Part shown: piece after piece, positions 33,489 through 45,471 of the stretch
Numbering within the stretch: the stretch's first letter is position 1
Layout of the letters: each line of letters begins with the position of its first letter
From: Histomonas meleagridis 2922-C6/04-290x
Taxonomy: Eukaryota > Protista > Parabasalia
DNA length: 64,000 bases
NCBI GenBank assembly: GCA_020184695.1
Contig: JAANOX010000224.1
Coordinates: forward strand, 124,001-188,000
Direction: 5' to 3'
The notes under the pieces: generated by a model
What the model saw: the letters and a program-made list of their open reading frames with translations, nothing else
Database searches by the model: none
What the model was told of the DNA's origin: nothing
Program-made: the position numbers and the translations under genes

Positions 33489-35114
33489 TCATTTCTCATT
33501 GTTAGCAACATCAGCATTATAACTAAGGATATCACTAATTTTCGGAACATTTTTCGGTGGATTCTTTATAATGTCCACGTCAAATTGTCCATTTACGAGT
33601 AAGAACCTTACTACGCAAGCCTTTTCGTCTGTTAATGTGTGCGCCCATCCGTGGTCCTTTAATTCTTTAACTTTAGCCACTTGACACAACGCCAAAATTT
33701 TTAATGTATTCCCGAACTTTGAATTCTTATAATTATTTGCCGAGTATTGTGCATAACCTTGTGATGTAGAAGAGTTTCGAGCAAAATATATACCATCACC
33801 AAGTGCAGCACCATTAGCCATTAGCTTTGTACCTGACGCATTTTTTAATCCGTTTCTAAAAATCGAATGCCATCGATCTCCTTTAGATCCATGAAACAGA
33901 TATAATGATCCATATTTTTCATTTCTTTTTTGGAACTCTAATTCTGCTTCCGGTGTAGAGATTAAGGATAAAAATTGAAACGCACTTCCAAATTGTTTGA
34001 ATTTCATCGGCTGTGGTAAACTCACAAAATGTGAGCGGTTTGATAGAATTATCCATTGAATTAATTCATAGGCTTCTTTGGAAATTTTGTGCATCAAAGC
34101 CGTATCGTTCTCACATTTTGAGAGCGTTTCCATTTCAGGCAAATTCGCTAAGATACTAGTACAGAGTCCTGTGGAAAATTGTGGTGGAGGTGGTGGCGTT
34201 AAAAAGTCCGTGCCTAATGCTGCTGAAAAAATAGAAACAAGTAAGTCAGCAGCCATATAATCGCGTTTGATTTCTAATAAAACAGAATTACCAATGCCTA
34301 ATTGAGTAAATTGAAACTCACACATTTTGCTACCACAAATAGATGGCTTAAGACCAATGGTTGGAAGTTTAGCTCGACATATACAACAATGATCTTGAAG
34401 ATCCAAAAAACATTCTGCTATCTCTAATGCTAAGTATAATAAAGGGCATTGCTTGTACTCAACAGATATCTGTGATTCATATTGTCCAATTTCACCTGTA
34501 CGAAGAAATTTTTTTGCCTGAGCTAAATTATTACCACATAAAACTAAAGCATTCTGCGATTTAACTTTGTCATATCCTTCATGTATTAGTGTATTAACCT
34601 TGTCTTCATCAGGTTCACCTGTTGGAGTTAATAAATATATTTCTGATTGATAGATAGCTTTTGGTGAAAAATTCTTGGAAAAAAACTTTTTGACAGCAGC
34701 TTGAACAAGAGGACGACCTGTGTATTGCTTCCCATAGATTGGATGAGATATTGATAATCTTTTTGGTTCTTTTGTCCAATCATAATCATCAAGCTCTATG
34801 TGGATTTCTAGAATGACTTCATGAACGAGAAAACCAAAAACAGCTTGTAGTGACAAAGGAAGGAAAGTTCGAGGTAAATTGAATGAAACAGTTGTATATG
34901 TTGGATCAATTACTGCTGGAAACTTGTACATGTAAGCACTATATGTATTTACAATTGTTTCGAGGTCTGCAATTTTACCAGCGTCCATTGGTTGAGAATC
35001 AATAAATTCAAAACCATCAGGATCGTCCTCATCAGAAATTACATATTCTTGAGTTTCACTGATGTATTGAGATTGCTCTTCTGGGTAATCGTCTTCCTGC
35101 TCTTGATCGCTCAT
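33489..35114 (-). CDS. PARP6/PARP8-like mono-ADP-ribosyltransferase with a UBA-like domain
   Basis: LFHGS...WHSIFRNGLKNASGT.LM.NGAA.G.GIYF and the Cys motif CCIC...LKPSIC...CEFQF typical of PARP6/8. UBA-like KSQNALVLCGNNLAQAKKFL. Confidence 0.85.
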   Translation of the reverse strand: MSDQEQEDDYPEEQSQYISETQEYVISDEDDPDGFEFIDSQPMDAGKIADLETIVNTYSAYMYKFPAVIDPTYTTVSFNLPRTFLPLSLQAVFGFLVHEVILEIHIELDDYDWTKEPKRLSISHPIYGKQYTGRPLVQAAVKKFFSKNFSPKAIYQSEIYLLTPTGEPDEDKVNTLIHEGYDKVKSQNALVLCGNNLAQAKKFLRTGEIGQYESQISVEYKQCPLLYLALEIAECFLDLQDHCCICRAKLPTIGLKPSICGSKMCEFQFTQLGIGNSVLLEIKRDYMAADLLVSIFSAALGTDFLTPPPPPQFSTGLCTSILANLPEMETLSKCENDTALMHKISKEAYELIQWIILSNRSHFVSLPQPMKFKQFGSAFQFLSLISTPEAELEFQKRNEKYGSLYLFHGSKGDRWHSIFRNGLKNASGTKLMANGAALGDGIYFARNSSTSQGYAQYSANNYKNSKFGNTLKILALCQVAKVKELKDHGWAHTLTDEKACVVRFLLVNGQFDVDIIKNPPKNVPKISDILSYNADVANNEK

Positions 35115-35557
35115 TGTTTTTTGAATGCGTTTTTTGGCAATATTTAAAGGAGTTTAACGATTCGCATGACGAACAAACATTGTCAATTCTTTGTTTTGCA
35201 AAGGAATGAATTTTTAAGGAACAAAATATGAAGAAATTCCAATTCTATTTATAATCATGTTTAATTTTAAATAAATGAGAGTAATAGTGGTTTTGTGCAT
35301 TCAACCTTTTAAAAATATGTTAAATCAAGATGGATACACTTTAGTCAGTTGGAAAGAATATTATAGTTCGACAATAGTATTTCAAAAACATCATGTTTTT
35401 TGACAAAGATTTTGGAACAAAAAACAGAGAACTTATTTTTTAATTTATCCCAGTTTTCGTGATGCTTTTATAAACTATTAAAAAAGTGGAATGCCAAAAA
35501 GTGCATTTTTTCCCATTTTGTTTTAGTCAAAAAAGTGCCTGCGTTGAAAAGTGGCAA

Positions 35558-36988
35558 ATGATTTCTGCAGATGATATTAACTTCTTGATTCGCCGGTATC
35601 TTCAAGAAACAGGTTTCCCACATACGGCGTATATTTTTTCGAATGAAGCACTCGTTGATAGAGTAAATTGTCCAGTAAACCAATTACCACCACAAGCATT
35701 AGTTACAATACTTAAAAAAGGCATGTTATATATGCAACTTGAGAAAAGCATCAATGAAAAAGCCAAAGTTGATCAATCACCAGAAAACATCATAGTATCA
35801 TTAATAGATTCTGTACGAAATGAAGAACCTATTATACCACCCAAAGCCCCACAAAAACAAAAGACGCAACTATCTCCCACACCATCACGCCAACCTCTCG
35901 TTCAACCTGTGCTATTAGTTTCTGAACCCACTGTTATTCAAGATAGTCAAATTTTAACACTTAGTGGTCATTTCTCAGATGTTTATTGTGGCTCGTGGAA
36001 TAATGATGGAACACTTTTTGCTAGTGGTAGTAATGATGCAACTGCCATAATATGGGAGATTCGTGATCACAAATACAAAAACCATTACATATTAGACCAT
36101 GCGACCCACCAAGATCGAAATGATAAAGATATCACCACATTAGCCTGGCATCCAAATGGCACGATATTAGCTACAGCATGTTTAGATGGTATTGCACGCC
36201 TATGGACCAGCCATGGTGAGCTTAAGTATGTCTTAAATCGTCATACTCAAGCCATTTTTACGATGCAATTTTCACCCGATGGCAATTTATTACTCACAGG
36301 CAGTTCTGACCAACAAATTATTGTCTGGAATGTCTTAACAGGGGAAGTTAAGCAAATATTTCAGCATCATTATTCCCGTGTCCTCGATGTTGATTGGCTT
36401 GATAATTCCATATTTGCGTCATGTGCTGGAAATTCCACCATTTTAGTCTGTCGTTGCGGGGATGCTCAGCCGTTACATATGTTACGGGGTCATAGCGGAG
36501 AAGTTAATAAGATCGAATGGGATCCGATGCGAAAATTATTAGCATCATGCGCCGATGATAACACAGTACGCATATGGTCTCCTTTCGACCGTGCACAAAC
36601 TATTGTCTTAACCGGGCATACACATAATGTTTATACTATCGAATGGGCACCTGGCACAAGTCGATTACTTGCATCAGGCGCTTTCGATAACACTGTGAGA
36701 TTGTGGAATGTGAATAATAGGTCGTGTATAGCTGTGTTTGACTCGTATACGCAACCCGTATACACTGTTTGCTTCTCGCCTTTGGGTAAATATTTGGCGT
36801 CTGGAGGAGTCGATGGAGAAGTGAACATAATTCGAACTTCTGATTTCACTCTCATCGGAAGATACTCAGCAAGAAGTAGCGTGTATGAGGCGAAATGGGA
36901 CAGTAAGGGAGAAAACATAGCTCTGTGTTTGGCAAATGCATCAATTGCTGTCATTTCGACAAAGGACTTACAGTATTATCAGGAATAA
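35558..36988 (+). CDS. TBL1: TBL1/Sif2-like LisH-WD40 protein
   Basis: ISADDINFLIRRYLQETGFPHTAYIF (LisH), LVTILKKGMLY, and 8 WD40 repeats. ATG at 35558. Confidence 0.88.
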   Translation: MISADDINFLIRRYLQETGFPHTAYIFSNEALVDRVNCPVNQLPPQALVTILKKGMLYMQLEKSINEKAKVDQSPENIIVSLIDSVRNEEPIIPPKAPQKQKTQLSPTPSRQPLVQPVLLVSEPTVIQDSQILTLSGHFSDVYCGSWNNDGTLFASGSNDATAIIWEIRDHKYKNHYILDHATHQDRNDKDITTLAWHPNGTILATACLDGIARLWTSHGELKYVLNRHTQAIFTMQFSPDGNLLLTGSSDQQIIVWNVLTGEVKQIFQHHYSRVLDVDWLDNSIFASCAGNSTILVCRCGDAQPLHMLRGHSGEVNKIEWDPMRKLLASCADDNTVRIWSPFDRAQTIVLTGHTHNVYTIEWAPGTSRLLASGAFDNTVRLWNVNNRSCIAVFDSYTQPVYTVCFSPLGKYLASGGVDGEVNIIRTSDFTLIGRYSARSSVYEAKWDSKGENIALCLANASIAVISTKDLQYYQE

Positions 36989-38192
36989 TTGTTCAATAAA
37001 TATATATGTTAGCTATGTGGTCAAAAATGAGCCGTTTTACTAATCGCAAATGAAATTTTGTTGTCATTCTTTGAGATAAAAAGAAGAAGAGTGGTTCCGA
37101 CTCTCGGAGATGTCATCCCCTTCAGAAAATTTGTAATTACTTTTTCAAGTATATACACTTAAAATATTAAAAAAATTTATAGTAAAAATTATTCGTCTAG
37201 ATTCGGATTATTCGAGTATATGACTTTTATATATATAAATTAAATATTTCGAAATTTGATCGAAAAATTATTTTATAATTTTTTGATGATTTATACATAT
37301 TAATATGCACAATAATATTGCTAAGTATGCTATTAGGTTTTTTCTAAAATAAATATTATTGATTTTGAGAAAAAGTACATTTATTATGAAAATTTAAATG
37401 CCGAAAGATCATCAATGTCAATGGAAGATGTTGGCGATTATTTTTCATGAAAATATATAAAAAAATGTGCAACATCAAATAACAACTTTAACTTCATACT
37501 TAATTATGTAATAATATAATATTATAATACTTTTCACAACTTTTTTGTCATTCAAAAAGTGGTAAGTTTCACGATTATTCATGACTTTTTGTGTAATATT
37601 GAAAAGACTGAAAGCCGATTTTTGAATGCGAATTACACCTCATTCAAATTTCATATTATGATTGAATGGAATCTCCACTTTTTGAATACTCATTCAAATT
37701 TCCCACGGTTGTAGGACAGTACCGATTATACCAATACATATCTCACAAAATTCTTTTTTACATAAAGAAGGAGCTTTCGGTGGAATGATAAAAATGAAAA
37801 ATAAACCGAAATATTTATTAACGTTTTTTGATCGGCGTTACCACTTTTATACATAACTGTACATGAAAAAAAATACGTTATTTGGGCTGAGCTCATCGGA
37901 ACGTGGTTGGAGTTGAGTGAACAATGTTCTTTCAGCTTCATACTCTATTGCTCGAGTTCATGTAAACATAAGGACATTGGTGTTTATCTCGGGTGAGTTG
38001 AAAGAGTTAAATAAGGGAATTTCTTGATTAAATATCCCTCGATATATCTGATTTTCAGATAATAATAATAAAGTTTCAGTACCAAAATTTATTGGTGTAT
38101 TGCCCGTACCTTGGGTTCTGTTATTTTCCATTTTCAGCTTTCTAAATCTACTAGAAAAAAGTTTTTTATCGATACATTTTTGCGCAAAAAAA

Positions 38193-38264
38193 TGGAAGTA
38201 TGGGGGATTGAACCCCAGGCCTCCACTATGCTAAAGTGGCGCTCTCCCACTGAGCTATACTCCC
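38193..38264 (-). tRNA. tRNA-Ala, anticodon AGC
   Basis: Cloverleaf: acceptor GGGAGTA/TACTTCC with G3:U70, D stem GCTC/GAGC, anticodon arm CCACT-TTAGCAT-AGTGG, T arm TGGGG-TTCAATC-CCCCA. Followed by a T7 Pol III terminator. Confidence 0.97.
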
Positions 38265-38370
38265 TTACATAAATTTTAATATTGTATATTAAATATTATT
38301 TAATAAATGTTATTATTCAAATTAAGGGCAGTCTGTTGCACTTTTTTGTTGTTATTCTACAAATTCTTCC

Positions 38371-39093
38371 ATGTCCGATTTTGCTGAATTGTTTGACCAA
38401 GGACCAGAGGAAGAAGAACAAATTCCTGAATATCCTGTCATCAATTGGGATGGAATTAACCTTCGTTTGCTTAACGTCCATCATTCACTCTGGGGAGACA
38501 AGCTTTGGGAAGCTGGGAAGATAATGGGAAGAATCATCAAAGAACACCTTTTTAATATTTCAGTAGAAGGGAAAACTGTTGTCGAATTTGGTGCTGGTGC
38601 TGGTCTTTCAACAATATGTTGTTCATTAGCAGGTGCTTCAAATGTTGTTTCAACTGATTACCCAGATGCGAACCTTATTGAAAATCTTGAATTTAATGTA
38701 CTTAAATATCCAAATGTGAAAGTTGTAGGACACCAATGGGGCAAAGACATATCTCCTGTTTTAGCTGCAAATAATAATGATCAGTTTGATGTAGCCATAC
38801 TTGCTGATTTAGTATTTAATCACACATGTCATAGTCAGTTACTTCAATCTCTTTCAGGCTGCTTAAAACGAACTGGATTTGCGATTGTCACATTTACACA
38901 TCATAGAACGCATCTTGTCAAAGAAGATCTTCATTTCTTCAAACTTGCCAAAAAGAAATTTGGGTTCAATGTAGAAGAACTTGGAACAATGCAGCATCCT
39001 CCAATGTTCAAAGACGACTTCGGACCAATAGAAATCAGATCAACGGCACATATATGCAAATTAACATATGCCGATGAACAAATGAAACAATAA
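38371..39093 (+). CDS. EFM7/NNT1-like protein methyltransferase (family 16)
   Basis: HHSLWGDKLW, VVEFGAGAGL, STDYPD, ILADLVFNH. Confidence 0.85.
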   Translation: MSDFAELFDQGPEEEEQIPEYPVINWDGINLRLLNVHHSLWGDKLWEAGKIMGRIIKEHLFNISVEGKTVVEFGAGAGLSTICCSLAGASNVVSTDYPDANLIENLEFNVLKYPNVKVVGHQWGKDISPVLAANNNDQFDVAILADLVFNHTCHSQLLQSLSGCLKRTGFAIVTFTHHRTHLVKEDLHFFKLAKKKFGFNVEELGTMQHPPMFKDDFGPIEIRSTAHICKLTYADEQMKQ

Positions 39094-39403
39094 ATAATAA
39101 ATAAAATTAATAAACATTTGATAAATTTTTGTTCTCCAATGCATTAAAGTTATTATTCATTTAATGAAACGTGTGAATTCGAAGTGTTTGTTGTTCATAA
39201 ACCTACTTGGAACTCAGCAAATGTGTGGCAACTTGCCCTCATTTGGATGTTCAACTTAAAAAATTGAAGGTATTCGATAAATTCATTCGACATGTTTTTG
39301 AAAGAACACCCACACGATTTAAAATTTAACAAATGATATTAAAAAAATTTTTTTGACATCTTTTCAAGAAGTAACACAATTGTTTTTCGAAATATGACTA
39401 TAT

Positions 39404-39878
39404 TTATATGGGCTTAAGAAGTAATTTAACTATGTCTTTATTCCTAATATTTGCATCATAAATAAGTGCTGTCAAAAATAATTAAAACAATTTCCAAATA
39501 TGATTTTGAAATATTAAATTATCAAAATATTATCTTGAGCATTGTTCTCAATTCCTTCTTGTTCAATAAGTAATTCAACGATTTCTGTATGACCATTTGA
39601 AGATGCATAAATAAGTGCTGTTTTAAATAATTTAAATGATTTCCAAATATTGTTTCAAAATATTAAATCATTAAAATGAATTATAAATAAAACAAATTAA
39701 TGCTTTTAACATTGATGTAAATTTCTTCTTGTTCAAGAAGTAATTTAACGAATTCTTGTACATGTTTTACTATACATTCACAGAAAATTTTTTCATTATA
39801 ATAAAAATTATGATGAGTATTTAACTCATACATATTCAGAAATAAATATTTGTTATGTAACAGAAGAACCTTGTTCAC
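39404..39878 (-). other. Spacer-interrupted ankyrin locus C (fragment, 3 repeats)
   Basis: Repeats at 39791-39702, 39621-39532 and 39472-39404. Spacers of 80 nt (39701-39622) and 59 nt (39531-39473) share the locus B consensus. Confidence 0.85.
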
Positions 39879-40060
39879 AGAAATAGTTGTTTCTAGGAAA
39901 TAGAAATATAATGAAAAAAAAAAATCATGAAACTGAACACAAAAAAGATTTTAGAAAACATTAATAATTTTTCTTCAAAAGTTTTTCAAAAACAAAACCC
40001 ACAATATTAAAAATGATTTACATTTAGAATATACAAAATTTTATTATATATTTAACTAAA

Positions 40061-41334
40061 TTACATTTGCTCAATGAATTTGTCTTCTTTGAAATCATCT
40101 GCAAAAGGATCTTCTTCAATATTTGAAATAGATATTCCTGTTGTGAATGTATTTGTTGTTTGGTTATCATTTTGTTGTTCTGAAGTTTCATTTTCAGCAA
40201 TTTCTTCTTTTTTATTTTTTATACAAATCAATAATATAACAAGTAATGAAATTATAATAATAATAATAACAATAACGCAAACGATTATTATGATAATTGT
40301 TGTTTTATTATCATTTGTTTGAAATTCATTACTGTAAATATATGTAAAGAAGTTCAAATAATAATTATAATATGTTGAATAAATAATAACTGTGTAATCA
40401 TAATAAACAAATTCTGTTTCAATATAAATATTCGATGAATTAATTATAATTAGTGAAAGTGATTTCGTTTGTATTTCATAATAAGTAAACAAATGTGTAA
40501 TAGATAATGTGATCGTTAATAGATATGAAAAAGATTTCGTCAAATCAGTTTGAAATGATTCAGTATATGCATTAGACTTTGAAAATGTATTACTGAGACT
40601 GTATGCATTTGACTTAGAACATGTATTACAATGACTGAATGTATGCGATACTAAAAATGTATTTGACTTAGAGAATGTATTACTATGACTAAATGTATGT
40701 GATGCTGAAATCGTTGAGATTGGACTGCAGTTCCCTTCTGCCGTTTTGCTGTTGACTGGTAATTCTCCAAATGTCTTGTCGATATATGTTGGATATGTCA
40801 TAACTGTTGTCGTAACATTATAAAACGCACTCAAACCAATATTTGGTTCTGTGTCGCCATAATAACAAATACATTCAATGACATAACAATTAAAAATGCT
40901 GTATCTCCAATTTCTCTGATTCCATAGCCAAGTGTTAATATTCTTAAATTAGAACATAATGAAAATGAATAACTCCCAATAATTAGAATTGAATTTGGAA
41001 TTGTAATGTTAGTAGTGATTGATGAACATGATGAAAATGCTCCGCTACCAATTCTTGTGACATTTTCTCCAAAAATAATCGTTTCTAATTGTGAACATGA
41101 TGAAAATTCAGAAATTCCAATATCTGATATAGAATTACCAAAATTTACCGAAATAACTGATGACCAATTTGTAAATGAATCACCTGGAATGGAATAAATT
41201 CCTTCAATAATATTTATAAATTTCGTTATGTCTTTATATTGATCCATTTCTTCAAAATCATTTGAATTTGTTATTGTTAATGTGAAAGTATCACCATAAA
41301 ATATTTGAAAAGAATTTATGAAAAATTAAAACAT
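40061..41334 (-). pseudogene. BspA-like leucine-rich-repeat surface protein, disrupted
   Basis: TpLRR motifs (IIFGENVTRIGSGAFSSC, ITIPNSILIIGSYSFSLC), S/T stalk, TM helix and tail DPFADDF. Signal-like start MF*FFINSFQIFYG has TAA at 41328-41326. A one-base frameshift in the T-run near 40893 joins the two ORFs into ...GDTAF-NCYVIECICYYGDTEPNIGLSAFYN. Confidence 0.75.
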
Positions 41335-43536
41335 TCTTATGCTTTTTCTTTTCGCTTGATTTTAGTTTGTTAATTTCAAATAATAAAAATCCCAAAATAA
41401 AAAGGTTATACTTCAGAACTTGAATAGTTTCAATGATTTTGAACATTTTCTTGATGAAAATATTGTTCATTAAAATTGCTGAATGTGCTTTTAATGAAAA
41501 ATGATTAAGAACTAAAGAAAAGAACCTGAAATAATGTTTAACATATGAAATCAGTAATTCTAATAAAGGGAGATCCCAATGATATTTTCCTGTGCTGATG
41601 TTAAATGGATAGGATTCATTATCCTTTAGCAGAATAAAATTTGTTCCTTTAATGGATACATTTGCTTTGTCATTGGATAAGAACGAAAAGCATATATCCC
41701 TTTTGGATTCTGAAGTAAAGCAAATGGAGTGTTTGAAAGTTTGAGAAATAGATAATTGATCAATTACCACTAAAAATAGATGACAAAATTAGTCAAAATC
41801 TAAAAATCTATTTCTCAAAATCTTTGAACCTAAATTTTGTGGAGAGGTTTGTAATAAGAAAAAGAAATGCATTGGGAAAGCTAAGAAGATATAGCACATC
41901 CGTGAGAAAACTTGAAAACTTATTGATAAATCAGCCAATAACGATACAGAGAGCTTCAACCGCTTTGCCTTTTAGCGATTTCATTGGTTAAACTTTTGCT
42001 GATACATGTTTTATAGTTTTTGCAATCGGAAGATGTTTACAGAGCTGAAACACAATGTTTCTTTATGAAAAGTGACAAAAGGTTCCCTAATTATATTGTG
42101 TAAGAATCGTGTAAAAAATTAAAGAAAGAAGATGACATCATTTACCATCAAGGAAACATTCTTCAGATTTTTATTCAATAATCCAAACAAGCATTGTTTC
42201 TGTAGAAGTTTAAAGAAGGGTACTGGCAAACAATATCGATTTTTATATATAAATATCTCACCTAAATTAAATAAATGATATCACTCAAATTTACAAAAAA
42301 TTCTTTTCAATTCTTTTTACATTAATTTTTGAAATTAACGAACAATTTTCGACTGTTTATTTATCAGAGTCATTCCTAAGATAAAGAAAATTTTCAATCT
42401 TGTTTTTATTGCTTTTGATTTTTTATTTCATTTGCTATTCTTATTGCAACAACATGATGAAGCACATCATTCACTTCCTTTCTTCGATAAATATTCATTT
42501 AATACATTAAGAATTAATTCATTTTGATAAGATTCGATATTTTCATCTTTATCAAATGCAAAATTTCTACAAAAACGTGATTTTTGAAGAATTTCTTTTA
42601 ATTTAGTTGAGATTGGTATTGGTTGATTTCAAATAAAATTGTGCATTCGGTCAAATTGAAATTATTCTTCGTTATCACCAATTCCTCCTTGTTAAATTCC
42701 AACATCATGTTCAAATATATTATTTTGTTGAGATATTTTAGATATTTTAAATATAAAAAAAAATCTTGTATAAGGATCAATTAATTCATGTCAAATATTA
42801 AGAACTCAAATTTTAACTGGTTATATCTCTGAAAATCCTGTTTTATTAATAATAATAACAAATTCAGTTAAATTTAAAACATTCCCAATACACCCACCAA
42901 CTAATAATTTATTTAGTCGTGTTTCTTCATTAAGTGGTGTGCTTGAAAAGATATCTCTAGACTTCTCCTCATTCTTTTAATACTCGATGAATTTCTCCAA
43001 ATACTTTTATTTTATTGGTACTTAAATTAATAATACAATTCTAAGTAAATATATTAATTGATGAATCTAATTTCCATTATTTTGTAGTTCTTCAAAAAAA
43101 AATCTTCCTTAAATTCGATTTTTGAAGAATTTGGGAATTGAGAATAATGATAATCGAGTGAATCATTCACAATTTTTAAATGTTCTGGTGTCATATCAAT
43201 CCCAATAAGCCTTCTTTTCCGGTGAGAACTGATGTTACAAAAACATCTCGTCCTGTACCACATCCAAATAACTTCTATTTAAAAAATGAAAATAATATGG
43301 TAAATTTTACTGCAAAAGAAATAATTGATTATTTTATGGTTACAAGATATTTTTGTTTGAAAAGTGGATTTATATCTGGTTGGAGTTTATTATCCCATTC
43401 CTTAAAGCAATCTTGATTGTTTTCATAAACCAAAATGGAGTACAGTTTAATCGTTGTGCTTATATGAAAATTAAGATATGAAATTTAATAAATGTTGAAA
43501 TGTCTTTTATTTTTACTAAACTGACTTCTTACAAAC

Positions 43537-43717
43537 TAAGGTTGGTAAAAAATAACGTTGTGATGTCTCGATGACACCACTTTTTTCATCGCAATGATCG
43601 ATACCACGGCTGACACTTTTTTCATGAAATTTCATTATCAATGTAAAAGGGCCTCATCGAGACATCATCGATGGTGAAAAACGGCAAAGGATACGTCACC
43701 AACTTTTACCAACCTTA
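43537..43717. mobile_element. 181-bp MITE with 14-bp TIRs and 8-bp TSD (hAT-like)
   Basis: TIR taaggttggtaaaa at 43537-43550 and 43704-43717. TSD ttacaaac at 43529-43536 and 43718-43725. Second internal 14-bp IR at 43561-43574 and 43654-43667. Confidence 0.88.
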
Positions 43718-44250
43718 TTACAAACTATTATTTTTGTTTCCAGAAAATTTCACCCATTAAAAAAGTAAATTCGCTACAATTATATTAGAATTTATTAAAC
43801 TCAAACATATTATATATTTCGTTTTTACGAAAATCAATTATATTAACAATTCTCATTATCACAATTAAATTTAATTTTAAATCACACATTTTCAATAGCA
43901 TATAATGAAAGATGTTCATTAATTACTGAAGAAAGTGTTTTATAAATAATTGTATATGGATAATTTATATCATTAGATGTTTCGATTATCTACCTATAGT
44001 ATTGAGATCTTTATCTAAAATTTATGGTATAAAAATAATATTATCGCGAGATATTACGATTTGAAATTTCACAATGGCCAATAAAAATTCATTGATCGAT
44101 CTGCCAATGTTTCAGAGTAACCGCTGATCGAAATTATATTTTCTGAGGAATTGTATCATTCTTTGCCAATAATAAAGTAATCAAAAAGTTATCCATAGTT
44201 CGAACTCAACCAAAAAAGATTAAAAAAGTATAAAATAAGAAATTATTTGT

Positions 44251-44574
44251 TTAGAGGGCTTGGAAAACAGCACCTTCAGCATCACCGTTGAGGGTGATTG
44301 CGCAAGCAAGGCGCTCACCGGCAGCAGCATCTCCAAGAACTTCCTTTTCTTCATCTTCAGCAGCTGGGACGTTTCCAGAAACAACCTTTATCCTGCATTT
44401 GCCACAGGCCATGTTACCCATGCAAGTTCCATCCTTTGAGATAACATCAGCACCAGTAAGAACTTCGAAAAGGTTTTGGTCATCTTCAAAAGAGAGTGTC
44501 TTCTTTTCGCCACCCTTTGTGATACCAACAATGCTACCGAAGCGTGAGAATGAGACAGTTGAAACGAGAGCCAT
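44251..44574 (-). CDS. Fdx: Hydrogenosomal [2Fe-2S] ferredoxin
   Basis: Presequence MALVSTVSFSR/FG, C-x4-C-x2-C (CMGNMACGKC) plus RLAC; strongly resembles the trichomonad ferredoxin. Inr TCACTT just upstream. Confidence 0.95.
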   Translation of the reverse strand: MALVSTVSFSRFGSIVGITKGGEKKTLSFEDDQNLFEVLTGADVISKDGTCMGNMACGKCRIKVVSGNVPAAEDEEKEVLGDAAAGERLACAITLNGDAEGAVFQAL

Positions 44575-45471
44575 TAGAAAGTGAAGTAAACGCTAAAATA
44601 CTGTTCAAATTTCTGAAGGAAAGTGTTCGCCGATAAATTATTTCTGAGGTGTGGCCGGTAAATAACCACACTGACAAAAAACGTTAAAAAATTATCATTA
44701 ACCGCCGCATCTGAAATTTCAAAAAAATTATAATGGAACAATTTATCATTTGGGCGTGGGTGCAATCAAAAATTCATAATTTAGTTAATTAAAAGAATAA
44801 CTCGAAACTTCTGTCGTAGAATATGTAATATCATTGTTTTATGCATTTCAAAGATTATTAATTGAGACCAAAAACTTGGAATTTTTTTAAGGATTCCGAA
44901 AATATAAAAAGGCATTAACCATTAATCCAAAATTATGTGTTTATATCATTTGATTTCAAAAAATTATCTCGATCATTTGTTACAGTACCCAAAGTTAAGT
45001 ACGTTAAGAAACACGATGACTAAAATTAACGGTCTTTTGAAATGAAAATTATAAACGGCATTTATCAAAGTGTTGTCCAATATTCGTTTGAATCACGCTT
45101 CCTGGTTCTTCAAGTGGGATTCTTCTTGTTCCTGCTAGTAGTTGTGCTGGTGTTCGCTGGCTGTTCCATTTCTTAAAGTCCAAAATGAACTTACTGAAAC
45201 AACAATTGTTTACCAATTTTAGTTCATCTGTACCTTATCCAGTTTTCTTCAAATCTTAACACAATTTTTTGTTGTATTTGTTCTCTTCAAGTTAAATCCA
45301 TGAAAAAAACTATAATCCACGGGAATAAAACTGGAATCTCGTTAATATTGGGTAAAATATATTTTTATTGTTTGAGAATTCACTTTTTTATAAATAAAAG
45401 GTTAAAAATCAGTATAGTTTGGTAACAAAACTACATACATAAAAATTAAATAAATAAATTTAAAATTTCAT

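Noticed and set aside
41291-41770. 159-aa ORF upstream of the BspA-like gene
   Set aside because: Non-ATG start in the track, no recognisable motif, and it overlaps the likely BspA start in another frame.
42340-43050. Decayed minus-strand gene
   Set aside because: Coding-like patches exist, but there are three stops within 60 nt and no recognisable family.
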